A DNA stretch of 64,000 nt from assembly GCA_046154645.1 (NCBI GenBank), contig JBJXDZ010000047.1, forward strand, positions 3,269-67,268, read 5' to 3'. A program made the translations under genes and the position numbers. The stretch comes from Hyphomicrobiaceae bacterium (GTDB lineage: Bacteria; Pseudomonadota; Alphaproteobacteria; Rhizobiales; Hyphomicrobiaceae). Under the pieces are notes generated by a model. That model was not told the DNA's origin. It made no database searches and was given only the letters and a program-made list of their open reading frames with translations. Below, piece after piece: positions 35,821 to 45,963 of this stretch. The stretch's first letter is position 1, and each line of letters opens with the position of its first letter.

Positions 35821-37698
35821 CTACTCAAATTTCGGGGAGCGGCGGTAGGCCCGCGCAATCGGGTTCTGCAGTCCGGCGCGCGCCCGGGCAAAGGCGGCAT
35901 GCGGGCTCTGGCGCTGGCGAATGAGTTCAGCACCCGCCCACAGATGGGTGGCGTGTGTCAATTCGGAATGACGTTCCCAGTCGAGGATGCTCATGTCGTC
36001 GGGCAACGGCGGCACCAACAGCAGATCGTCTGCCCGCATATGCCGCTCGAACTCCTGCCGGTTGGCCATCAGGCTGCGCAGCAGCACGGAACCGAGGCCC
36101 GGCGCCTCAGGCAGCGGTGCCGACCGAAACGGTGTCAGCAGGCGGCGGACCAGCTGCCCCCGCGACGGTAAAGCGTCGTAATCGACCGAAAAGCGCTCAA
36201 GCTCTGGCACCTCGAAGGCGATCACCACGTTCGGGCCCTGCTTGAGTTCATGCATGACGCGGACCGGCACGTTGTCGAGCAGGCAGCCGTCGACCAGCAT
36301 CTGGCCATCCTCGGTGTAGGTCGGTGGCAGCAGTGCAGGGATCGAGCCGGATGCGCGGACGGCCTGCCACAAGTCGCCCGACGTGTGGCGATGCAACGAA
36401 TAGCGCGACAGGTTGGTCGAGACGGCGAAGAAGGGAATCCACAGGTCCTCGATGTCGATGCCGCTGTAGTAGGGCGCCACCTGGCGATCGAAGTGGGTGT
36501 GATCGAAGATCGAGTAGATCGGCCACGTGTAGCGGCGCAGCGCCCGGTTGGTAACGAAGATGTCATGCGTGACCCGGTCGATATCGTCGGGTGACAAGCC
36601 CATGGCAAAGGCCGCCGTCATGGCACTGCCGCCTGAGGTGCCGCCCATGATGTCGAAGCCCATGCCGGCTTCCAGCATGGCCTTGTAGATGCCGATGTGG
36701 GCGGCACAGAACGCGCCGCCGCCGCAGGCGACGAGGCCTAGCGCCTCCCCCCTGACGAAACGCACCAGCCGGTCGACATCAATCCGGTCGCTCAGCGCCA
36801 CATGATGATGCAGATGCACCTGCCGTCCCGCGAGCCAGTGCCGCGTGCCCTGCGGCGAGCGGCGGCGCTCATGCACCAGCACCAGCCGCTGCGCCCTCTG
36901 GCTGAGCAGGGACGACGCCAGCCGCTCATGGGCGTTTTCCGCCACGGGCTCACGCGTGATGGTCTCAGCATGGCCAACCCGGAGCACCAGATCGGCTTGG
37001 CGGATTGCCTTCTCGGACCAGGGCGTCAGCGTTGCATCCGCAATGAACAGCACCGCGTCGTTGCGCCCCTCCAGCGCGTTGAGGGCAACCGTTGCAGCCC
37101 CGCTTGCGAGATCGACGCCGCGGCCGACCACGTCCTCGAACGTGTCGCGGTCGACGACCACCGTTCGCCCGACGGCTTGAAAGGCCGACGCCAGGAGCTG
37201 GACAAAGCGAGCTGGAATCGGCCGCGCTCCGGCCGGAATGACGGCAATCGTGCGCGGTGGCGGTTCCAGTTGCGTCCGCCGGCCGGCCGTCTGCTCAGCC
37301 AACCGATTGGCCAGCGTCGCCGTCAGGGTGCGCCAGATGCCGGGCAGGCGCTGGCAGAGCCGGTCGAAATCAGCCCGTCCGAGCCGCAGAACCAAACTGT
37401 CACGGGAAGCCACCACCGTCGCGGTGCGCGTGCCGCCGGCCAGGAACGCCATCTCACCGATGGGCGAGCCTGGACCGATCTCCGCCACCACGCCATCGCG
37501 GCCGGCGAGGCGCACCTCGAAGCGGCCGGTCACGACGATATAGAGGTCGTCGGCTTCCTCGCCCTGTCGCACCAGCACGTCGCCACGCCGCAACGCCAGC
37601 TTCTCGAACTCGGCCTCCATGGCCGCCCGGTCCACCGCCGACAGATCGCGGAAGATGCCAATGCTCGAAAGACCCTGTGCCGTATCGCCCGACGCCAT
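35821..37698 (-). CDS. cyclic nucleotide-binding domain / patatin-like phospholipase fusion protein
   Basis: N-terminal cNMP-binding domain (GDVLVRQGEEADDLYIVVTGRFEV ... GEMAFL ... RTATVVA). Patatin motifs GGGAFCAAHIG, GTSGG (GxSxG) and DGCLLDNVPV. Confidence 0.85.
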   Translation of the reverse strand: MASGDTAQGLSSIGIFRDLSAVDRAAMEAEFEKLALRRGDVLVRQGEEADDLYIVVTGRFEVRLAGRDGVVAEIGPGSPIGEMAFLAGGTRTATVVASRDSLVLRLGRADFDRLCQRLPGIWRTLTATLANRLAEQTAGRRTQLEPPPRTIAVIPAGARPIPARFVQLLASAFQAVGRTVVVDRDTFEDVVGRGVDLASGAATVALNALEGRNDAVLFIADATLTPWSEKAIRQADLVLRVGHAETITREPVAENAHERLASSLLSQRAQRLVLVHERRRSPQGTRHWLAGRQVHLHHHVALSDRIDVDRLVRFVRGEALGLVACGGGAFCAAHIGIYKAMLEAGMGFDIMGGTSGGSAMTAAFAMGLSPDDIDRVTHDIFVTNRALRRYTWPIYSIFDHTHFDRQVAPYYSGIDIEDLWIPFFAVSTNLSRYSLHRHTSGDLWQAVRASGSIPALLPPTYTEDGQMLVDGCLLDNVPVRVMHELKQGPNVVIAFEVPELERFSVDYDALPSRGQLVRRLLTPFRSAPLPEAPGLGSVLLRSLMANRQEFERHMRADDLLLVPPLPDDMSILDWERHSELTHATHLWAGAELIRQRQSPHAAFARARAGLQNPIARAYRRSPKFE

Positions 37699-37993
37699 GT
37701 CTGTTGCCACACTCGACCAGCCGTTCGGCGCCAGACACGGCGCCAGCAAACCATCAAAGCAGGCTGGAGCCGGTCGCGCGATGGCAATCCGGTTCCTGCG
37801 TTAGCGTGCGCGCACCACCTGGATCGGCATCCTGCCATTAACGCCTGGTTAACGCTTCGCCGCCTACGCCGTCCGATACCCACTCGGCGGTCCGAACAAA
37901 GTGAACGCAGAGGCTTAACACGAGTTTTAAGCCTTACCGTTACGCTGCCAGCGAGGGCACAGCCATGCGCGCCCGCCGGAGACGCTGTACCCG

Positions 37994-38998
37994 ATGGCCA
38001 CTGTCAAGCCACCCACCCTGTCGATCCTGATCGTGAGCTACAACACGCGCGCCATGACAGTGGCGTGTCTCGATTCCATCGCGAGCGAGGCGCAGCACGT
38101 CAGTTATGAACTCATTGTCATCGACAATGCTTCGACGGACGGCTCGCCTCAGGCCGTCGCAGCCCATGCCTCCAAGCCGACACTGATCCCGCTGACGCAG
38201 AACATCGGTTTTGCCCGCGCCAACAACGTCGCCGCCCGGGCAGCGCGAGGCGAATACATTCTCCTGCTCAACCCCGATACCGAGATCCGCCACGGCGCCA
38301 TCGACAAGCTGGTCGGATTCGCGCGCCGACGTCGCCAATCGCGCATCTGGGGCGGCCGCACCATCTTCGCTGACGGCCGTCTCAATCCAGCCTCGGCCTG
38401 GGCCCGGCAGACGCCGTGGCGCCTCTTTTGCCGCGCGGCCGGTCTCACCGGCCTCGCCCCCAAGACCTCCGTGTTCAATGGCGAAGCTTACGGTGGCTGG
38501 CAACGGGACGGCGAGCGCAACGTCGATATCGTGTCCGGTTGCTTCCTGCTCATCGAGCACGAGTTGTGGCGCGAACTCGGCGGTTTTGATCCCCTCTATT
38601 TCATGTACGGCGAGGATGCCGACCTTTGTCTCCGAGCCAAAACACGCGGCGCCAAGCCGCGCACCACCGATCTCGCCACCATCGTGCACCATGGCGGCGC
38701 CTCGGAACCGGCCCGCGCGGACAAGATGGTGCGATTGCTCACCGCCAAGGCGACATTGATCCAGCGCCACTTCCAGGCGCCATTGGTACCGCTCGGCCTG
38801 GCGCTGCAGGCGGCGTGGCCGCTGTCGCGGGCTATTGCCTACGGGCTCGCAGCCATTGTGCTGCCGACCTCGCAGCAGGCGGCGACAGCCCGGGAATGGG
38901 CCGAAATCTGGCGCCGGCGCGATGAATGGTATGCGGGCTACGAGGCATCGCCACATGCCAACGTGCCGTCGGCGACAAAGCGGGCCACCGCCACTTGA
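37994..38998 (+). CDS. glycosyltransferase family 2
   Basis: Contains LSILIVSYN, VIDNASTDGS, LLLNPD and FMYGEDADLCLR. Confidence 0.85.
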   Translation: MATVKPPTLSILIVSYNTRAMTVACLDSIASEAQHVSYELIVIDNASTDGSPQAVAAHASKPTLIPLTQNIGFARANNVAARAARGEYILLLNPDTEIRHGAIDKLVGFARRRRQSRIWGGRTIFADGRLNPASAWARQTPWRLFCRAAGLTGLAPKTSVFNGEAYGGWQRDGERNVDIVSGCFLLIEHELWRELGGFDPLYFMYGEDADLCLRAKTRGAKPRTTDLATIVHHGGASEPARADKMVRLLTAKATLIQRHFQAPLVPLGLALQAAWPLSRAIAYGLAAIVLPTSQQAATAREWAEIWRRRDEWYAGYEASPHANVPSATKRATAT

Positions 38999-39063
38999 AG
39001 CCGCCGCTGCCTCGCAGCTTACAGCCTTTTGCCCCAAAGCTCCGCACGGATCGCGCCAGCGCC

Positions 39064-39876
39064 ATGATCTCCACCCCACAATCCAGCGACGTTGCCACCC
39101 GGCCCGTCTACACGATCGCGACGCTGGTCAACGATCCGGCCCAACATGCCGCCATGTGCGCGAGTTTCCGCACCAACGGCTTCAGCGAGCCCCAGTGCGA
39201 ATTCGTCGCCACAGCCAACCCCCGCTCCGCCTACGCGGCCCTGAACGACATGCTGGCTGCTGCCCACGGCCGCTATGTCATTCTCTGCCACCAGGATGTC
39301 CGGTTGCTCGGGGACGATCGCGCCGTCCTCGATAGCCGTCTCGCCGCCCTCGAGGCGCTTGACCCCGCCTGGGCGGTCGCCGGCAACGCTGGTGGCGTCG
39401 GGCCCGGCCGCCTGGCCATGCGCATCTCCGATCCGCATGGCGACAACCAGCATGTCGGCCCACTGCCGGCACGCGTGCAGAGCCTCGATGAGAACTTTCT
39501 GGTGGTGAAGGCGCAGGCGCGCGTCGGCTTTTCGCGCAACCTCACCGGCTTCCATCTTTACGGCGCCGACATCTGCCTCGCCGCCGATATCATGGGCTAT
39601 ACGGCCTACGTTATCGATTTTCATCTCCGCCATCTCAGTCCCGGCCGCAAGGACCAGAGCTTCCGCCACGCCGAGGCCGACTTCCGCGCCAAGTGGGCGG
39701 CGGCTTTGCGACCACGCTGGCTACAGACCACCTGCACGCTGCTCCGCCTTGGCGCACCCGCGCCGGAGCGTTGGCTCGGCCGCACCCTCGAGCGCCCCTA
39801 CAGCAGTCTGCTGCGTCGCACCCGCTGGTCGCACCCGGCGTCTGCCGCGAAACGACCGGGGCAAAACCAACGATGA
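39064..39876 (+). CDS. GT-A-like glycosyltransferase-related protein (function uncertain)
   Basis: ATG at 39064. Contains YTIATLVND, VILCHQDV and LDENFLVV, resembling GT2 acceptor-loop motifs. The stop overlaps the flippase ATG (ATGA). Confidence 0.6.
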   Translation: MISTPQSSDVATRPVYTIATLVNDPAQHAAMCASFRTNGFSEPQCEFVATANPRSAYAALNDMLAAAHGRYVILCHQDVRLLGDDRAVLDSRLAALEALDPAWAVAGNAGGVGPGRLAMRISDPHGDNQHVGPLPARVQSLDENFLVVKAQARVGFSRNLTGFHLYGADICLAADIMGYTAYVIDFHLRHLSPGRKDQSFRHAEADFRAKWAAALRPRWLQTTCTLLRLGAPAPERWLGRTLERPYSSLLRRTRWSHPASAAKRPGQNQR

Positions 39877-41351
39877 CGCTGAAGGCACAACGTCGCCGCA
39901 AGCTGCTGGCCTTCCGCATCGCGGGCCAGGGCGCCATGCTGTTTACCGGCTTCGCGCTGGCGCAAGCTTGTTCGTTCGCGCGCAACGCGGCGCTCGGCTA
40001 CATCCTCTCTCGCGGTGATTTCGGCATTGCGGCGGCCCTCACCGTCACCTTGCAGTTGATCGAGACACTGTCCGACATCGGCGCCGATCGGTTGCTGGTC
40101 CAGGCCGAGGATGGCGAGCAGGCGGGCATGCTGGCGACGGCGCACACGTTGCTGATTGCCCGCGGCTTGGTAACGGCCGTCATCCTCTATCTGGCGGCGC
40201 GGCCGACGACGGCTTTCTTCCGGCTTGAGCAGCATCTCGGCCTGTTCGAGGCCCTCGCGCTGGTGCCCCTGATCCGCGGCTTCGTCCATCTCGACCAGCG
40301 CCGCCGCCAGCGTCAGCTCGACAACTCATCTTATCTTGCCACCGAGGTTGGCTCGCAAGCCCTGGCGCTCGCGATGTTGCCGTTCCTGCTATGGCTCTCG
40401 CCTGGCCCGCATGTGGTGATCTGGACCGCACTGGTGCAGGCGGTGGGCGCGGTGAAACTGTCGCACGCGCTGGCCCAGGTCTCCTGGCGGATCGATTTCA
40501 ACCGCGAGCGAATCAAGCGCTTCCTGGCCTTCGGCTGGCCGATCTGGCTCAGCGCTTTCCCACTTATGATCGTCTATCAGGCCGATCGCTTTCTCGTCGG
40601 CCGCGCCTACGGCATGGAGACGCTTGCCGCCTACTCTGCCGCCTTCATGGTCACGATGGTGCCGGGTCTTGTCGCCGCCAAGGTCGGCCATGCCCTGATG
40701 CTGCCGCTGCTCTCCGACCGACGCGACAATCTCGAGGCCTTCACCGACCGCTACCGTCTCATGTACGAGGCCACGGTGCTGCTGGCTGCCGCCTATCTCA
40801 TGCTGTTCATGCTGATCGGCGGCACCGCGCTGGCGATTGCCTTCGGACCCAATTATCGCGGCCTCGATACCGTGGTCGCGTGGCTCGCGGTGATGTGGGC
40901 GGTGCGTATGATCCAGGCCCCGCCTGGCATGGCGCTAATGGCCGCCGGGACTACCAAACCGCTGCTCTGGGCGGGCCTCATTCGCGCCTCGGCGCTGCCT
41001 TTGTCGGTGGCGGCAGCCCTCCTCGGCTGGGGCGTCGAAGGCATTGCCGCTGCCGGTGTGGCGGGCGAAGTGGCATCGCTGATTTATGTCGCCATCGCCT
41101 TGCGCCAGATCCGGCCTGAATTGTTCGGCATCACGCTCGGGCGCGGCCTGGTGCTGATCCCGGTGGGCGCGGCGGGCCTGCTGCTGCTCGCTCATTCGCC
41201 GCCCGATCGGATGACGCTGGCAGCCATCCTGCAATGCTTCGGCGCCTTGGCAGCTATCGCCGTCGTCGGGCTGCTGGTGATGCCGGAGTTGCGCCGGGCC
41301 GCGCGCCGGCGCACACGACCGGCCCGCGCCGAGGTCATGCCCGCCACCTGA
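39873..41351 (+). CDS. oligosaccharide flippase (MOP/Wzx-type polysaccharide biosynthesis protein)
   Basis: 492 aa with at least 12 hydrophobic helices. Translationally coupled to the upstream gene. Confidence 0.8.
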   Translation: MTLKAQRRRKLLAFRIAGQGAMLFTGFALAQACSFARNAALGYILSRGDFGIAAALTVTLQLIETLSDIGADRLLVQAEDGEQAGMLATAHTLLIARGLVTAVILYLAARPTTAFFRLEQHLGLFEALALVPLIRGFVHLDQRRRQRQLDNSSYLATEVGSQALALAMLPFLLWLSPGPHVVIWTALVQAVGAVKLSHALAQVSWRIDFNRERIKRFLAFGWPIWLSAFPLMIVYQADRFLVGRAYGMETLAAYSAAFMVTMVPGLVAAKVGHALMLPLLSDRRDNLEAFTDRYRLMYEATVLLAAAYLMLFMLIGGTALAIAFGPNYRGLDTVVAWLAVMWAVRMIQAPPGMALMAAGTTKPLLWAGLIRASALPLSVAAALLGWGVEGIAAAGVAGEVASLIYVAIALRQIRPELFGITLGRGLVLIPVGAAGLLLLAHSPPDRMTLAAILQCFGALAAIAVVGLLVMPELRRAARRRTRPARAEVMPAT

Positions 41352-41369
41352 GCCGTGCGGTGCCGCGGA

Positions 41370-42257
41370 TCAGGACGTCTTCTTGGTCATGCCGCGACGA
41401 ATGACGGGCGTGTAGCGATCGCCATCGCCGCGCTTGACGGCCTCCTCGAACAGCTCCGCGACCAGATCAGCGCCGCGCGCGCTGACGCCCTGCTCCTTGG
41501 CCAGTTCCCGCGCATAAGCCAGGTCCTTTTGCCCGTAACGCACCGAAAACGCCTCAGTCGGATAATCCTGTGGCACCAGATGTTTCATGCCGTGATTGCG
41601 CAGCACGAAACTATCAGCCGAGCCCTTGGCCATGGTCTCATAGAGCAGCTTGCCATCGACACCAGCGGCTTCGGCGATCGAGATGGCCTCGGCAATGGCC
41701 ATGGTGGTCTCGAACACCACCATGTTGTTCATGAGCTTGACGACCTGACCGGCACCCACGTCACCGCAGTGCGTGACCTCGGTGCCCATGGTGGCGAGGA
41801 TGGGTTTTAGTCGCTCGAAATCACCAGCCGTGCTGCCAACCATGATCGACAGCGTACCATCGACGGCGGCGCGACGCGTGCGGGCCACGGGCGCATCGGC
41901 GAAGGCCACGCCTTTGGCCGCAAACTCCTTGGCCAGTTCCTTCATGAGGCGCGGCGGCGCCGTCGACATGTCAACGACGGTCTGGCCCTTGCGCACGAGG
42001 CCCATGAGGCCACCATTCCCGCGCGCGACAGCCTCCACCTCTTTGCCGCCGGGCAGGCACATGAGAATGACGTCGGCAGCCTTCACGGCGTCGGCCAGCG
42101 ACGCTGCGGCAATCATGCCGTCGGCCTTGAGGCGGGAGACTGGATCGGGCTTCGTGTCGAAGCCGACAACCTGCCATTTGCCCTTCTTGATGATGTTCCG
42201 GCACATCGCCTCGCCCATCACGCCGAGGCCGACGAAAGCAACAGTCTTGATGTCCAT
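41370..42257 (-). CDS. NAD(P)-dependent oxidoreductase, 3-hydroxyisobutyrate dehydrogenase family
   Basis: Contains VAFVGLGVMGEAM, DAPVAR and GAGQVVKLMNN. GGAGA lies 6 nt upstream of the ATG at 42257. Confidence 0.9.
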   Translation of the reverse strand: MDIKTVAFVGLGVMGEAMCRNIIKKGKWQVVGFDTKPDPVSRLKADGMIAAASLADAVKAADVILMCLPGGKEVEAVARGNGGLMGLVRKGQTVVDMSTAPPRLMKELAKEFAAKGVAFADAPVARTRRAAVDGTLSIMVGSTAGDFERLKPILATMGTEVTHCGDVGAGQVVKLMNNMVVFETTMAIAEAISIAEAAGVDGKLLYETMAKGSADSFVLRNHGMKHLVPQDYPTEAFSVRYGQKDLAYARELAKEQGVSARGADLVAELFEEAVKRGDGDRYTPVIRRGMTKKTS

Positions 42258-42335
42258 GGCAGTCTCCATTGCTGTCGCGGCGCCAATGACGCGCGGTGTG
42301 AGATCGACGGGCTGATTGATGCGAGGACGGCTAGA

Positions 42336-43091
42336 TCAGCCGCGCCCTTCGTAGGGCATGTTCGTCGCTTTGATGGTCATCTCGAACACGTTGGTGTCGA
42401 GCGGCAGTGACGCCATGTAGCGGATCGCGGAGCCGCAGTGCTCCACGTCGAACACCGGCTCCGGCATGATGTCGCCGCGGGGCTGCGGCACGCCGGCCTT
42501 CATGCGCCCACCCATGTTGGTGTCGGCGTTGCCGATGTCGAGCTGACCGCAAGCGATGTTAAAGGGCCGCCCATCCAGCGCAATGCACTTGGTGAGGCCG
42601 GTGATGGCGTGCTTGGTGGCGGTATAGGCCACTGACATCGGCCGCGGCGTGTGCGCCGAGATCGAGCCGTTGTTGACGATGCGCCCGCCCTGCGGCTTCT
42701 GCTCCTTGAACATGCGGATCGCTTCCTGCGCGCACATGAAGCAGGCGGTGAGATTGAGATCGACCACGCCCTTCCACTTCTCGAGCGGAATGTCCTCCAT
42801 GGGACCGGCGGGCAGGCCCATGCCGGCATTGTTGAACAGGAAGTCGAGGCGGCCGAACGCCGTCTTGGTCTCAGAGAACAGGCGCTTGACCTGCTCCTGG
42901 CTGGTCACGTCCGTCGCCACGCCGAGCATTTTGCCGCCGCCCGCCTTGGCCATACCGACCGTCTTGTCGAGCTCGTCCTTGCGACGGCCTGCCACGACGA
43001 CGTTCCAGCCGTCCGCCTGCAGATGCAGCGCTGCCGCCCGTCCGATACCGGTGCCGCCGCCGGTGATGATCGCGACCTTGTTGGCTGCCAT
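42336..43091 (-). CDS. SDR family oxidoreductase
   Basis: Contains [12 protein letters not shown] and YTATKHA. Confidence 0.9.
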   Translation of the reverse strand: MAANKVAIITGGGTGIGRAAALHLQADGWNVVVAGRRKDELDKTVGMAKAGGGKMLGVATDVTSQEQVKRLFSETKTAFGRLDFLFNNAGMGLPAGPMEDIPLEKWKGVVDLNLTACFMCAQEAIRMFKEQKPQGGRIVNNGSISAHTPRPMSVAYTATKHAITGLTKCIALDGRPFNIACGQLDIGNADTNMGGRMKAGVPQPRGDIMPEPVFDVEHCGSAIRYMASLPLDTNVFEMTIKATNMPYEGRG

Positions 43092-43294
43092 GGCTGACAC
43101 GTCCTTTGCTGGGATATCGATTGAACTTGCAGCGGCACCCCGGATGGGAGCCCGCATTCAGGCTGCAATCGATCACGAAACCGTAGCTGCGATCAAGGCC
43201 GGTGTGCAGCGGTCGTCATCGCACGGGGACAAGCGGCAGTCTTCTGCGTTAGGTTCCTCCCCCACCATGTACGCTTGCAGCGCGGGTTCCTGCC

Positions 43295-44344
43295 ATGGCC
43301 AAATCGCTCATACATCCAGCTGTCCCAGCGCTGATCGGCCTCGATTGGGGATCGAGCACACTGCGCGCCTATCTCTTCGCCGGCGACGGCAGCATTCTGC
43401 ACCTGCGGTCGGCACCGCTCGGCGTGCTGAATGTTCCTGATCGGAATTTTGCCGCCGCCCTGGCGCAGACGGTCGGCGATTGGCGGACGGCCCACGGCGG
43501 TTTGCCGCTCATCGTGTCCGGCATGATCGGCAGCACCATCGGCTGGCGTGAGGTGCCCTATCTCGCCTGTCCGGCCGGCCTCGACACGCTGGTGCAGGGA
43601 TTGCGCGATCAACAGCGCAGCGCCCATGCCGACGGCCTGCTCATTGTGCCGGGCCTCAGAACGGCGGGCCAAGGGCCAGCGGGCGCCGCGCCAGACGTCA
43701 TGCGTGGCGAGGAGACACAGATCTTCGGCGCCTTGGCTCGCCACCCCGAGTTTGCACGCGGTTGCCGCCTGATCCTGCCGGGCACGCATTGCAAGTGGGT
43801 TGCGATCGCGGACGGTCGCATCGCCAGCTTCCAGACCTACATGACCGGCGAACTGTTCGCCGTGCTGCGCGATCACTCGATTCTCGGCCGACCGGCCCAA
43901 GCCGCGACCATCCACACCGGCGACACGGCTGGCCCGCGCGACATCGCCGGAGCAGCCTTCGAGCACGGCGTGCGGGCCGCCTGCAGCAGCCAGACCGCCG
44001 AACTCGCACCTTTGCTGTTTTCCGTCCGCACCCGCGTGCTGATGGGCGAAGTCACGCCCGCAGACAGCCTCGACTACATGTCCGGCCTGCTGATCGGCAA
44101 CGAGGTCCGCTCGGCGCTGGCTGGTCCGCCGACCACAGCATCACCCCCCATGGCTCTGATCGGCGATGCGGCCATCTGTGCGCTCTATCAGCGCGCGCTG
44201 GCACTCGTCGGCCATCCAGGCGTCGCTGTCCTCGATGCCGCTGCCAGCAGCGGTTTATGGCATCTGGCCGTGGCCAGTGGGTTCGTGGCAGGCAGATCCG
44301 CGCCCGTCGGCCTCACTGTCTCTCACAAGGACCCTCGCCCATGA
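43295..44344 (+). CDS. dgoK: 2-dehydro-3-deoxygalactonokinase
   Basis: N-terminal IGLDWGSSTLRAY, typical of DgoK. Coupled by an ATGA overlap to a DgoA-like aldolase. Confidence 0.82.
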   Translation: MAKSLIHPAVPALIGLDWGSSTLRAYLFAGDGSILHLRSAPLGVLNVPDRNFAAALAQTVGDWRTAHGGLPLIVSGMIGSTIGWREVPYLACPAGLDTLVQGLRDQQRSAHADGLLIVPGLRTAGQGPAGAAPDVMRGEETQIFGALARHPEFARGCRLILPGTHCKWVAIADGRIASFQTYMTGELFAVLRDHSILGRPAQAATIHTGDTAGPRDIAGAAFEHGVRAACSSQTAELAPLLFSVRTRVLMGEVTPADSLDYMSGLLIGNEVRSALAGPPTTASPPMALIGDAAICALYQRALALVGHPGVAVLDAAASSGLWHLAVASGFVAGRSAPVGLTVSHKDPRP

Positions 44345-44967
44345 TCCGCGCCGCCCTGGCCAAGCTGCCCTTCATCGCCATCCTGCGTGGCATCACGCCG
44401 GACGAGGCCCTCCCGATCGGCCGCGTGCTGGTCGACGCCGGCTTCACCGTCATCGAGGTGCCGTTGAACTCGCCGCAACCCTTCGAGAGCATCGCGCGGC
44501 TAGCCGACGCGTTCGGCCAAAGCTGTCTGATTGGCGCTGGCACGGTGATGTCGCCCGACGATGTCAATCGTGTGCGCCTGGCCGGTGGCAAGTTGATCGT
44601 CATGCCGCATTCGGACAGCCTCGTCATCGGGACGGCGAAGGCTCAGCGCCTCATTTGCTTACCCGGCGTCGCGACCCCGACCGAGGCTTTCGCCGCGCTG
44701 GCCCTCGGCGCTGATGGCCTCAAGATGTTTCCCGGTGAGATGCTCGGGCCACCCGTGGTCAAGGCCTGGCGGGCGGTGCTGCCCAAGGACACGCTGCTCA
44801 TTCCCGTCGGTGGCGTCGCGGCGGCGAACATGGCGGCGTTTGCCGCTGCCGGCGCCAATGGATTTGGTATCGGTTCGGCACTCTATGCGCCCGGCATGTC
44901 GGCCGCCGATGTCGCCAGCAAAGCGGCAGCGCTGCTCGCCGCCCGCGCGACCTTCATGCTCGCCTGA
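44341..44967 (+). CDS. dgoA: 2-dehydro-3-deoxy-6-phosphogalactonate aldolase
   Basis: Contains LPFIAILRGITPDEA, IEVPLNSP, GAGTV and LKMFPG. Confidence 0.85.
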   Translation: MIRAALAKLPFIAILRGITPDEALPIGRVLVDAGFTVIEVPLNSPQPFESIARLADAFGQSCLIGAGTVMSPDDVNRVRLAGGKLIVMPHSDSLVIGTAKAQRLICLPGVATPTEAFAALALGADGLKMFPGEMLGPPVVKAWRAVLPKDTLLIPVGGVAAANMAAFAAAGANGFGIGSALYAPGMSAADVASKAAALLAARATFMLA

Positions 44968-44976
44968 CGCCAGCCC

Positions 44977-45903
44977 TTATCGCGCCAACGGCGGCGGGTC
45001 CTCGGCCATCACGCGTTCGGCGAGCGTATTGTCGACCGCCACCTCGAACGGCGTCCCCGTTGGCACGAAGCCCCCGGAGACGAGACTGTCGCGCAACCGG
45101 TCGTAGCCCACCCGCGGCAAGCGTGGATTGCGGCCCCAGATGCCGAGGCCCTTGTAGCGCTCGATGGCCCTTGTCAGGCGCGGCACCGGCACGGCCGGGA
45201 AGTACGGCGCGATGATGCCGGCGATCATTGCCGCCGGCGTGGCGTTGAACCACTTCTGCGTGCGGTAGATGGCGCGCACCAGCCGTGCGCAGTCGTCGCC
45301 GTGCGCCGCCAGAAACGGTGCTCGGGCATAGAATGTGGTGTAGCTGGTCGCCCCGCGCGTGGCGGCCGCGTACCAGATATGGCCAGCACCTGACTCGACC
45401 AGGTCCTCGACGAACGGCTCGAAAATCTGAATGACGTCGGCATCGCCACGGCGAAGTGCAGCGGCGTTGTCGGCCATGCTGCGGTCGGCGACCCGCGTGA
45501 GATTGGTGGGATCGACCCCGGCCAAGCGTAGATCGTGCTGCAGGCACATCCAGGGCGTCGGCACCTCGCTGACCGTGGCGACGCGCAAACCCAATAGATC
45601 CTGCGGCCGGTAGCCGGGATTTGGCGTGCGCCCGACGAGGAAGAAGGGATCCCGCGTCACCACTTCGCAGAAGCACCGGATGTCGCAATCGGGCTCGCGC
45701 GCATACGTCTGGTTGACGCGCATCGGGCCGCCCCAGGTGACATGTACCGTGCCATCGTTGAGACCGCGAGCGGCAACGTCAGGGCTCGCCGCGCTGACGA
45801 ACGACACTTCGATCCCCTCCTCGCGAAAGGCATCGAGCGCCAGCGCAGCATAGAATGGCGCATAGAAGACGGCACGCAAGGATTCCTGCAGCACAATGGC
45901 CAT
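44977..45903 (-). CDS. NMT1/THI5-like domain protein without signal peptide
   Basis: Begins MAIVLQESLRAVFYAPFYAALALDAFREEGIEVSF. SsuA/NMT1-like fold with no leader sequence. Confidence 0.7.
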   Translation of the reverse strand: MAIVLQESLRAVFYAPFYAALALDAFREEGIEVSFVSAASPDVAARGLNDGTVHVTWGGPMRVNQTYAREPDCDIRCFCEVVTRDPFFLVGRTPNPGYRPQDLLGLRVATVSEVPTPWMCLQHDLRLAGVDPTNLTRVADRSMADNAAALRRGDADVIQIFEPFVEDLVESGAGHIWYAAATRGATSYTTFYARAPFLAAHGDDCARLVRAIYRTQKWFNATPAAMIAGIIAPYFPAVPVPRLTRAIERYKGLGIWGRNPRLPRVGYDRLRDSLVSGGFVPTGTPFEVAVDNTLAERVMAEDPPPLAR

Positions 45904-45963
45904 GCACCGTCTCCTTCCCGGACAGGCAGCAGAGGCACATGATGATGGCGCCCCCGTCGTTGA

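Noticed and set aside
35821-37698. cNMP-binding patatin as a CBASS-type (CapV-like) antiphage effector
   Set aside because: No CD-NTase cyclase or other defence genes are adjacent. The sensor is a Crp-type cNMP domain, not SAVED or STING. The neighbours are msrB and glycan genes.
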